This document shows positions 12,985 through 24,675 of a stretch of 64,000 nucleotides of DNA, piece after piece. Under the pieces are notes generated by a model. That model saw only the letters and a list, made by a program, of their open reading frames with translations. It ran no database searches and was not told the origin of the DNA. Numbering within the stretch: the stretch's first letter is position 1; every line of letters begins with the position of its first letter. The translations under genes were made by a program, and so were the position numbers. Origin of the DNA: Octopus bimaculoides (taxonomy: Eukaryota); contig NC_068983.1 in NCBI RefSeq assembly GCF_001194135.2, positions 31,755,858-31,819,857 on the forward strand, in the 5' to 3' direction.

Positions 12985-13830
12985 TCATGATCATCATTTA
13001 GCATCCATTGTCCATGCTGACATGAGTTGGACAGTTTGACCAGGGCTGGTAAGCTAAGGAGCTACACCAGACTCCAGTCTGATTTGGCATGGTTTCTATA
13101 ATTAAATGCCCTTCGTAATGCCAACCACTCTAAGAGTGTAATGAGTGCTTTTACGCACCACCAGCATGGGTACCAGTTGCATAGCACCAGTATCTGCTAC
13201 GACTATGATTTCACTTGGATTGATGGGTCTTCTCAAGTGCAGCATAATGCCAAAGGTCTAAGTCATCTATCATTGCTTCTATGAGGCCCAACACTTGAAA
13301 GATGCTTTTTACATGCCACTGGCACTGGCCACATTGCTTCCATGAGGCCCAACACTTGAAAGGTGCTTTTTACATGACATTGGTGCCAGTTATGCGACAC
13401 CAGCATTGGCCACGATGCGGGTCTTCTCAAGCACTACATATCGCCAAAGGTCTCCATCACTAGTCAGTATCTCCATGAAGCCCAGAGTTTGAAGATTATG
13501 CTTCACTGCCTCATCCCATGTCTTCATGGATCTACCTCTTTCACAGGTTCCCTCCACAATTAGAGATCAGAACTTCTTTACATATCTGTCCTCATCCTTA
13601 TGCATCACATGATCGTACCAGTGCAGTCATCTCTCTTGCACACCACATCTGATGCCTCTTATGCCCAACTTTTCTCTTAAAATGCTTGCACTCTGTCGTA
13701 CATGCACACTGACATAGTACATCCAGCGAAGCATGATGGTTTCATTTCTTTCAAGCCTACACATATCCTCAGCTGTCAAAGCCCATGTTTGCCGTGTAGC
13801 ATAGCTGTTCACATGCATGAAATCAATTGA
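12985..13830 (-). mobile_element. 5'-truncated RTE LINE 3' end
   Basis: TWALTAEDMCRLERNETIMLRWM...LREKLGIRGIRCGVQER, followed by the RTE 3'UTR and a (GAT)n-like tail. Confidence 0.85.
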
Positions 13831-15009
13831 TATTGGGGTATGTAAACTATCTTCACATTCCATCCTGAAGGTAGGCCTATTTTTTAAAGTGCTCATTGCA
13901 TTACTCATGTGTGTATTTATCGTAGGATTGGTGGTTTTTGAAGCTTTCGCTTTCATCTTTGGCAAGCGGTATTTTTACCCTTCTTTTATTCAGATATTTA
14001 ATATAATACCTATTGAGGTAGAAGTCTTGCTAACCGCTTCATTACTACTGTTTTTAGCAGCAATAATGCTTTCATATATATATATATGTGTGTGTGTGTG
14101 TATTTCACTGAACCCTCATTTGTTCACAAGAGAATCCATCATATAATACGTGTGTGTGTACATATATATGTGTGTGTGTGCATGTGTATATATATATATA
14201 TATATGTATGTATATATGCACATATACATTTCCCTTGCTGACATGACTTGGACAGTTCGTCATGATCCGAATCATTTCTTATTGGGAGCTATAGCTCTCA
14301 TAAACTAATGCTTATACGTTTAATTTTTTACTTAGTTTCTACAACTACTGCCAACCACTTCACAGTGTGTACTGGATGCATTTTTCATAGCACTGACACT
14401 GTAGAAGTTGTTAAGTGTACAAATGAGCAGAAAAAATATAGGATTATGAGACAGGACTAAAATGACCCCACAATCCTACATTTTCTCCTTTCATGTGCCA
14501 TCCACTTTATACTGAGTGTGTTTTGCATGGCATCAGCACCAGGGAATTAGTCAACTCTTCAGTGAGACAGGACTGAAGAACCTCTCAACCCTACTTTACC
14601 ATTATTCACTCAAGAAGTATTGAGGAGTGTGCATGAGTGGGGTAACTTGGGATCAGTTTATTTGGGAGAAGAGTGCTGTCACTCTGGTAATGGCAGAAAG
14701 AGAACAGTGGAAGGCCAAAATAGATGAATGAAAGGAGCAAGAGTAGAATAATATTGAAATGGAATCAGGTGAAGTTACGATAAGCAGTAATATAACTGTA
14801 CAAAGCAAAAATAGATGATGGATAGTGAAATATGGTGTAATGTGCACAGAAGGTTTATTGCAGTCCCTTGTAAATAGATCTAGAGAAGAGAGAATGTTGT
14901 AGAGTGATGAGGACAGTCTGATGTAGTATTTTATACATAGGCCTAGTAAAAGGAGTGGGTGGCAACAGAGTGATAAGTATGTTGGTAGGGAAGCCAATTG
15001 TTATTCATG

Positions 15010-15325
15010 GATCGTATAAAGCACCATCTGAATATAGCCAATGCCAGTGCCCCTTGACTGGCTCCCGTGCTGCTGACATGTCAAAAACACTATCCAAACG
15101 TGATCGATGCCAGGCCTGCCTGACAGGCTCCTGTGCCAGTGGCAATTAAAAAGCACCCACTACGTTCTCGAAGTGGGTGGCGTTATGAAGCGCATCCAGC
15201 TGAAGAAACATTGCCAGATCAGATTGGTGCCTGGTGCAGCCACTAGTTTTCCAGACCTCAGTCAAACTGTCCAACCCATGCCAGCATGGAAAACGGACGT
15301 TAAATGATGATGATGATGATGATGA
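15010..15325 (+). mobile_element. RTE 3'UTR/tail copy
   Basis: Family tail ...CCAACCCATGCCAGCATGGAAAACGGACGTTAAA(TGA)n. Confidence 0.8.
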
Positions 15326-15522
15326 GCATTACAGGTGCTGAAATGAGAGATTATAAGTATGAATGATAGGGAGATGAGAGTGGGGAAAGTAGGGACAGGT
15401 AAAGTGATAAGGATATTCCAATAAGGCCTAGTGAAGAGTGGTAGCAGAGTGGTGGGGATGGTAGTATCTGTGGTGTGTGTACATGCATGTATGCATGCAC
15501 TTACACACACACACACATACAT

Positions 15523-15987
15523 CTCTTTGAAGAACATCTTTCTTTAGATATGCGTTCACAACACACTCAATTCGTTGATGTGTGGAGATTTTGAGACACC
15601 TCGCTGTTTCAACCTATTTCAAACCTACCCCTCATATCAATGAACCCAAACAAGAGTGATGGCTCTTGTTTATAGAAATCAGTAAACATTTTTCTGGTGC
15701 ATGCTGCTATCTTCCAAACTGATATCTTATCACATGCATACAGAACAGTGGTATGCACATGAGGATTTGTCGTCCATTTGGCAGGCATCAGTATATACTC
15801 TTTTACTTGTTTCAGTCATTTGAATGCGGCCATGCTGGAGCACTGCCTTTAGTCGAGGAAATCGACCCCAGGACGTATTCTTTGTAAGCCTAGTACTTAT
15901 TCTATCGGTCTCTTTTTGCCGAACCGCTAAGTTACGGGGACGTAAACACACCAGCATCGGTTGTCAAGCGATGGTGGGGAGACAAAT

Positions 15988-16028
<41 letters not shown>

Positions 16029-16360
16029 TACGACGGGCTTCTTTCAGTTTCCGTCTACCAAATCCACTCACAAGGCTTTGGTCGGCCCGAGGCTATAGTA
16101 GAAGACACTTGCCCAAGGTGCCACGCATTGGGACTGAACCCAGAACCATGTGGTTGGTAAGCAAGCTACTTACCAACAAATAATTCATTTGCTGATTTCT
16201 ATAAACAAGAGCCACCACTCTGGTTTAGATTCATTGATCTGAGGATAGCTTAGACAGAAGAGACTCAGCCAGGTCAAAACACCATGGTCTCCTTACATCA
16301 ATGGATCAATAGTCTTTGGAGAACATCTTTTCCAGAGGTGAAAAGATGTTCTTCAAAGAC
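15523..16360. mobile_element. Foldback/MITE-like element with about 170-bp diverged inverted arms and a nested SINE
   Basis: 15523-15686 and 16188-16360 are inverted homologues (TCTTTGAAGAACATCTTT; GAGTGRTGGCTCTTGTTTATAGAAATCAG). Confidence 0.65.
15797..16177 (-). mobile_element. Near full-length tRNA-derived SINE with CORE-like domain, internal (TA)n and 3' tail
   Basis: tRNA-like head GGTTCAGTCCCA, then GGCACCTTGGGCAAGTGTC resembling the CORE domain. Other copies lie at 24505, 48455 and 62187. Confidence 0.8.
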
Positions 16361-17315
16361 AAAATACAACAGCAATTAGTAGTCATATTCAGGTCTGTGA
16401 GAACATATTAAGAATGAATAAGTTTGTCAATTTCACTCTCATGGGTACACATAACAATTTATTGATTTCAAACTTTTGTCTTGTTATCAAAATGACAAAC
16501 ATCAACATGGCTTGGGCTAGTGCTTGTTGTTTTCATGTATCAGTAATTCACATCACCAGAACAACCAGTCAGCAGATGTAAACCAACCAACACAGGTGCT
16601 ATGTTATAGATTGCCAGAATAGAACTGAAGAATGACTACTCAAAAACAAAAGTATTGCATTCTCTGAAACTATTAGTCACTGTTGTGGCTGGGGGTTTTA
16701 TACTATTTCCCCTCACACATTGTCATCTTGTTGTCATAGTTATTATATTTACTATTTACCCTTTATGTCATTTTATATAGCAAACCACCACAAACTGAAG
16801 AAGCTACTCAACATGCTCCATGGAGCAGCCAGTATTCCTCAACAAGCTTCTCTTCGTCTTTAAGAAGTAGAACATATGTTTTAAAGTCTAAATTTTAACA
16901 ATAAGCGCCACAATAAATTTGAGCTAGTCACTGCTAAAATATGAATAGAATAATCATTTCAAAGTAAATCACTAGATATTTTACAGCTGCATACCCATAG
17001 TGTTTCATCTGTGAGTTTACCACTAAGTATTTGATCAAGTAACTCTATTATACATGTACTCAGAGTTAAATCAGTCTACTAAACAACACTAACCCATTTT
17101 ACACAAGTTGCATTCATTTGGTTTACACTAAAGCAACAATCTAACTTCTAATTACTTATTATGTATATCTGCATCTCTATCTAGCAGTGGAGTGTGCCAC
17201 TGAGGTTGAAGAACTAGTGTTTTAGTATGGTACCATAATATATTTTATTTACTTGTTTGTTACAGCTTGCAAATTTCTTTTCACTTTTTCTAACCCTGCC
17301 TTGCATCCATTACAG

Positions 17316-17740
17316 TTCCAAAACTGGTGATTCTTCGGAAGAGACTGTTGCTGAAGTTGCATCCAGTAAGAAAGAAGAGAGTGAAAAGAAAGAGGAAACG
17401 CCCAAAGAATCTGAAAATCAGGAAGACATGGAGGTCGAGAGTAAGTCATTAGACAAAAGCAGTGAGAACAACAACAGTAAGAAAGACACTGAACCATCAG
17501 AACTGCCACAGCTACCAACCACACCACCACCTCCACCACCAAATGAAACTGAAACACCACCTCCACCACCACCTGATGACTCCCCATCCATGGAAACTGA
17601 AGTAGATAATGCGCCCGACACACCAGCTACCATCCCTGCCACACCAGTGGCTGCAGATATGGTTGACCTTTCAGAAATGGAGACTGACATGAACACAGCC
17701 TCAAAATCAAACGATACTGATGAAACAACATCCCAAACAG
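17316..17740 (+). CDS. ASH2L: ASH2L exon 2, acidic and polyproline low-complexity region
   Basis: Branch point-like TTCTAAC at about 17288-17294, acceptor TACAG|T, donor CAG|GTAATG. Open frame, phase 2 to phase 1. Confidence 0.85.
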
Positions 17741-18399
17741 GTAATGGTCTTCAAGGGAAAATGAGGTTGTCAATGTTTGGTGGTTTTGTTTTTTTTATAG
17801 CATTTTGTTCATATACAATAATATGCAGTCGTGTTTAATGCAGCATCTGTGATAATGAGCAATAAAATCTGGAAAAAGTATCTTTCAAGTATGATACACT
17901 ATTACTTTTGTTTAGTATTATGATGTATGAAAAAAAGAGTAGTTATCCAGATTATTATAATTCTAAAATACTTAGAAAAATTTCACATATCCTAAACAAA
18001 ATGAAATGCTAATTGAAAAGTAACCTTTGAACAGTGTATGTTAAAAAAGTGCACCTGCTGCAAAATCAGCGCTGTGCAAATGACACAATTATTTCTTTTT
18101 CCCTTTTTTTTTTCTCTCATATAGCACACAAATATATACAATATATTAGGTTATATTAGTTAATGATCACAAGTCAACTTTCAGTACATCATCATTTATC
18201 ATCAATATCAGAAATGATAGATCTCTTTACCCTATGATTAATTGTTTGTCAGCTAGTATTCTATTACTAACCAGTACCCCAGGTTCATAACTAATCACAT
18301 TAATTCTCAACACTGATCTCTCTCTCTCTCTCTATCTCTCTCGCTCTCTCTCACTCTCACTCACTCACTCATAATAATTAAAGTTTTCATGCCTGTCAG

Positions 18400-18643
18400 G
18401 TGCTGAAGATGTTGAATCATCCCAAACCAATGCAGATAGCTTTGATGAAGAGAACACTGACTACACTGCTGGGAAAGCTGCACAGTTTGGTGAAAGGGGA
18501 ACAAGCGATCAGACTAAAGATGACTCTAAAGACACTAAAATGGAATCATCAGAATCAAAAAGTTCGGAATTTGATGTGGACCCTGATAAAAAATCTGTAA
18601 AAGAGTCAGATGCAGAACCAGTTAAAAATCCACAATGTTACTG
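18400..18643 (+). CDS. ASH2L: ASH2L exon 3, acidic region ending in the first PHD cysteines (PQCYC)
   Basis: Acceptor TCAG|GT, donor TG|GTGAGT. Open frame, phase 1 to phase 2. Confidence 0.88.
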
Positions 18644-20675
18644 GTGAGTTTAAAGTTGAAATTTTTTATTGGCACTTATCACTCTTCTTCTATGACCCAC
18701 TCCTATATCCTTCACCTTCCCTTCCAAACTGGTATTTACCATCAACCATACTTCCACACCAGTACACCATTCACTGTATCCACCTTTAGCCCCATAACAA
18801 GCCATCTTTCACACTCTTATAAACTTACTCACCACTCCTTCCAGTACTCTGTCCCTTTTCTATCTTATATTCAGTTTTTCTACCTTTAGCATATGCCCTG
18901 ACACCTCCTCACCACCATCTTTTTCTCTCTTTCTAACTCAGTTAGCCATGTATCTCCTCAATATCAAGACACCTGTTCCTCCCTCTCACTCATACTTTAA
19001 TCTCTCAGCACTCACTCAGTTGAGGGATCTTGTCTTGTGAGCTATTTAATGACCTCACTAGTGCTGGTGCCGCAAAAAAAAACAACACAAAGTACACTCT
19101 GTAAAGAGGTTGCCATTAAGAACGGCATCTAGCAGAGATTGGGGCTTGATACAGCCTTCTGATTTGTCAGAGCCTATCAAACCATCCAAGCATGGAATAT
19201 AAATGTTGAATTATGATGTCAGTGGTAGCAACTATTCTTTTGGCTGTTTTCTGTTGCCTTTATCCCATCACATACTCTTACCTTTGCTATTATCAATCAC
19301 GATCTCTAGATTCCCACATAAGTCCTGCCTTTTCCATCATACTCTTGCTCCTTCCACTTAGCCATTTTTGTCTTTCTACTATCATCATTCTCTTTCTTAT
19401 TTCTTTCCTTGGCTTACACATCTCAGGTTACTGACTTCTCAACATTTATTTAGTACAAGAAATACCCCTTCCTTTGCTGATGCGACAGTGGGAGGCACCT
19501 CTTCTGCTGCATTCTCTCTGAATGGTGATTGAGATAACTTCCATAGTGCTGTGCCATGAAAAATGTGCTCACAATACACTGCAAAGTGATTGGCAAGTGA
19601 GCAGAGAAATGTGATCTTTTAATACTGTCTCGAGGAGTTATCAACCTCTGCAGTATTGGTTCAAAAGAAAATACACCCAGCACACTATATAAAACAGCTG
19701 CCAAAGAAAGGGCATCCAGCCACAGAAACCAAGCGAAGATGCTACATACAAGCACTAGTTTATGATAGCTGCAGTTCCTAATGAGAATTGACTTCAACTT
19801 AATGCCAACAAGGAAAGCAAATGTTAAATGTTGATGATGATGACATTAGTTAGAAAGGTGGAGCAAAGTACTAAAAGATAAGAAAGAAAGGTTTTTAGAA
19901 AACAACTATGTTGAGACGAATATTTAACCTTCACCTTCTGCATGTATAATTCTTAATCATCAATTACAGCTATAATTTTTTAAATGGAAATAATCATTTT
20001 GAATTGTTATTTATTTACCTGTTGAGTATAATCCTTTACACACACTTTTTTATTGTTAACATATCTGCTTGGTTCAATCTCAGCTCAAAGTTGGTCACGT
20101 AATTCTTGAAAGAGTCACAAGACAAAAAGTTTTCTGTATTTGAAATATGTGATAGAGGGTAAAAATATTCATGAATGTTATACAATATATTGTAATTATT
20201 ACTGTCCAACCCATGCCAGCATGGAAAGTGGGCGTTAAACGATGATGATGGTGATTAGAGAGGTCACAACACAGCATTTACTGCAAACAAAATCTGGGGA
20301 ATGTTACCCAACTATCAAATGTTAATTTTATTTATTTATTATTTAAAAATTCAAAATGGCTCACAGATGATTAAATGATTTGATAAAAATTTATTGTAAT
20401 GGGAACCACTGGTTTTGATATTTTATGTATTAGTATATACTGGTATAAATAAATGAGACTATGCCTATTGCTTACCTCTAAACTTGTCTCAATTTCTTGG
20501 ATTAGTTTCTTTTATTATTAATGAATTTTAATTTATCATAGGCAAAGGTATGGACATGTGGTTGGAAATTTCACTTCGTAACAATGTAGTTTCATGTTCA
20601 GTCTTGTCACACAGCTCCTACTGTGATTCAGGCCAAACTGAATTTGGTGGGTGGCAATTGCAGTAAGTCTATTCA

Positions 20676-20727
<52 letters not shown>

Positions 20728-23700
20728 TAACACTAGAGAGAAGGATTAGTTTGACAATAGAAAAAGCATCTGACTCTAGAAAACTCGCCTAAATGAAGTC
20801 CATCTGACTCATGCAAGTGTGGAGAAGTGTGATGATGTGTGTGTCTACATGCAAATGTACATAAATGTTATTTGTTGTTTGTCACCACTTGAGCAAAACT
20901 GATGATGTTGACATTCTCTGTTGTCATAATGACTGGTTTGCTCTACATTTTCAAAACATCTGAAGTTAAATTTAAGAAAATCCCTTGTTTGACAATCCAG
21001 AGAGGCTTGGTGGCAGGAAGAGCATCTGGCCATAAAATCCTGCCTCAAATAACTAACTCGCTTATTTAGTCCATAGCTCCCTCCACTCCTGCCACTTCCG
21101 GATCTTCCCCATGTTCCTAGCCCCGTTGACCACCTTTTCATACCTCACCAATATAAATTCTCTCACAGGATCCAATCTTTGCACTTTTCTAAACTTCTGA
21201 TTCCTGCATCTTAACCAGCATTATCTGTTGCTCGGCATGCACTCTGTGCAACACTTTGTACATTAGTCAAACCAGCTGTCATTTAGCTGACCAATTCACA
21301 CATCTTTGTGACATCAGACTCAGAAACCAAACCTCTGGTGCTCACAATTTTCTACTCTCTGAACCACATAACACATCAGTGTTTGGCCATAGACTATGAA
21401 AACACCGAAGAACAAGAGATGGTGAAGTGGCTGGGTGAGTTAAAATGACAGGATGTAAGTTTCAGGAAATTCTCTTGGAACAAATCCTTCAAATAGCATC
21501 CGTCTCGCATTGCACTGTTTACATATTATGCACTATAGCAGGTTGGAGAAGAGAAAGTCTAACTAGTGTTACATGTTGTCTATGGATTTGTGGTTTGAAC
21601 GAATATGAATTCGGGAGTGGAAATAAGTGGAGGTTATGGATGAGTTGGGATTTAGACATAAGAGAACACTTGCCTGTAGATTTTTCTTTTTTGTAGGAGA
21701 GTAAGAGTTTCTTTTAAGATCGAGGCAGTTGCAGTGTCTAATTGCAGAATGCAACGATGGCATGTTAAAACAGATGAGTTACAAGTATGGAAGATTATTC
21801 AGTCCTCAGGTGAGCGTAGGCTTGAGCTCAGTAGAAGGTAGCGTCCGGGTTAGGGTGGGGTTAATTGCGTGAGAGGGGGAAAAATAGCGCATTGTCTCAT
21901 CTAAAATTTGGTCATACAAGGGAAACAACTCTGTTGATATAACCATTTGTTTTTTTATGTGTTATGTCTAGCAGAGTAATGTATCTTAGATTGAATCGCC
22001 GTATGCTTTTGTAAATCGGAATTTCAGTGGTGAAGCATTTCAAATGTTTCAAGTAGCAATTCAAACTGGATCACGGATTCAATCCGCATCGTGTGTGTGT
22101 GTGTGTATTAACGCACATATATCATCATATTTTAATGTCTCTATCGGTCATGGGTTGGTTTATAACAAGTAATTAGTCCAAGGGCTGCATCATGTTCAAT
22201 GTCTGCTTTGATGAGTGGATGCACTAACGCCATCCACTTTTACAAATTTTTTTTTTTTTTTTTTTTTTTGCATGGCACCAGAACTAGTCGCGTCGCTATG
22301 CAGCTTGTGAGACTAAGAATCCATTTGGCTGAGCAAGTAAGCTCTGTACAAAGAGATGATAGGTTTAAGTATAAGGAAAGATAACAATAGAACAGGTTTC
22401 TTGCTACATTGGAGACAGAAAAACAGGGAGTTCAGGTGGTTAGAGATGGGGAATGGGTGAAGTGGTGAATATAATGAGTGGAGAACAAGTGTTGAGAGAT
22501 GCTAATATATATTGGAGGGAGACTGTAGAAATTGGGTAGCATTGAGGAAGTGAATGTAGGAAATGGTGAACAAGGAATAGAGAGTGATTAATGATGTATA
22601 AGAGCTGGTGGGGAAGTGGGTGATGTTTGATAGTACAGAAAGGGAGGAGCAGCCGGATAATGATATAATAGAGATAGGAAGGATAAGGAGAAGAGAGATT
22701 ACTAGTAGTTAGGTTGCAAGAGTGTGAAGAGAGATGCAGGTGTAGTGCAGAAGTAAAGTCATGAAGAAGAAGAAGAGATAGTTTGGTGGTACAGAAGGGT
22801 GACCAATATAAAATATACGTGGGAAGGGTCAATATTAAGAATGAGTGATGGATATCAAGTGGAATGGTTCCAGGCAGTGAACAAGATAACTTGCATCAGA
22901 GAAAAAGATAATAAAGCATGCAGTTATGTAGGTGATGGAGGGCCCAATGATAGAGAGATCATTCATGGTAGAGGTGGCTTGAGAGGGGAATTGAGAAGGG
23001 CAAAGTTTTGCATATGGTTACAAGTAATGTGCATGTGTGTGGGTATGACCTCAGGATGCTGAACACAACAAAAGAGATTGACAAAGGATTGTGATAAGCA
23101 AAATGATGCACTGTTCAAGTTGATTCAGCATTGTCAACCTGGTAAGATGGATGTAAAAATGATAACTATGATGAGGGAAAAGAGTACTGATGGAATTAAA
23201 CCAATTCACACACAAATATTTGACCAGACAGTGACAAGAAATGCAACCAGCTTTGAAAGTACTTATTTTAATACTATACAAACATTTAATATTGCAAAAC
23301 AACTCTGCACTAGCGCTAGCATGATAAAATTGACCTCCAGTCTAGTGCCTGATACAGCTCTCTGGCTTACCATCTCCAGTTAAACTGTCTAACCCATGCC
23401 AGTATGGAAAACAGATGTTAAATGATGATAATGATATATCTAGGACTGTTTGGATTGTAGGTGAGGACAGGAGTATAGTTACTGCATCTTTGACATCTTC
23501 TATATTTCCAAGTGCATCCAAATAAACTACATATACATGTTACATTTTCATCTTCTCAAAGAATGTGATGCATATGGCCTAGGTACAGTTTTTTGTATCA
23601 TTGGCTTTATTTAGTAACACTACATGTATTATAGTAAGAGGCTTACTGGTCCAACACCTAATAATATGAGACATTTGCCTGTTAATCAGTGTTGCCATTA

Positions 23701-24504
23701 CTTACAGTAGTGAACTTTTACCTGTATATTATAGCTAATTACAACCAAACTAAATAGGCTTCTTTGAGAGTCAGGTGCTTTGACTGTGGACACAACACAA
23801 AATCATTGATAGAATATAAACTGACAATTTTTCACTTAGTTACTTGTTTGTATTCTTTAAACTTATATGCCAGATGCTACACATACACTTGAGACAAAAC
23901 TAAAAGGACTTCACACTCCATGGTGACCTCACTACTGCTGATACCACAAACAAGACACCCAGTACACCCTGTAAAGGGATCGACATTAGGAAAGACATTG
24001 TGTCATAGAAACTACACTAAAGCAGACATTGGAGCATGACGTGGTTCTCAAAACTGTCAGATGTCAAACCATCAACATCATGCCAGCATCAAAGATGGTG
24101 CTGATTATCCATCATCATTTAACATCCATTTCCCATGCTGACGTGGAGCTGGCCAGACTCCAGTTGTCTGTTGTGGCATGGTTTCTATGGCTAGATACCC
24201 TTCCAAACGCCAACCACTTTACAGAGTATGTTGGGTGTTTTTTACATGGCACCAGCTCCCGAAAAGGACAAGCATGTATGTATGGTTGACAACAATTTTA
24301 CTTAGCTTGATGCATCTTCTCATATACAGCAAATCACCAACTTTGTGGATCAGAAGTTTGCTTCATGATCACATTTTTCCCTGCTAAATTCCAGTATGTA
24401 TCACCTTGAGTATTTTCTACCATTGCCTCCACTTAACCAATCCCTTGTGAGTGTGAATTTATCTTTTGTCTGTTTATATATATATATATATATATATATA
24501 TCAT

Positions 24505-24675
24505 GGTGGCATGGCTATGTGGTTAAGGTGTTTGCTTTCTAATCATAGGGTCTCAGGTTCACTCCCACTGTACAGCACTTTGAGCTAGTATGTAAAGCAT
24601 TTTTTGCTGTAGCCTTGGGTCAACCAAAGCCTAATGAGTGGATTTGGTGAATAGAAACTGAAAGAAGCCAGTCAT
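24505..24675 (+). mobile_element. CORE-like tRNA SINE, 5' part
   Basis: Same family as 15797-16177. Confidence 0.7.

Noticed and set aside
17249-17696. Antisense ORFs 17249-17623 and 17418-17696
   Set aside because: Shadows of the repetitive ASH2L exon 2.
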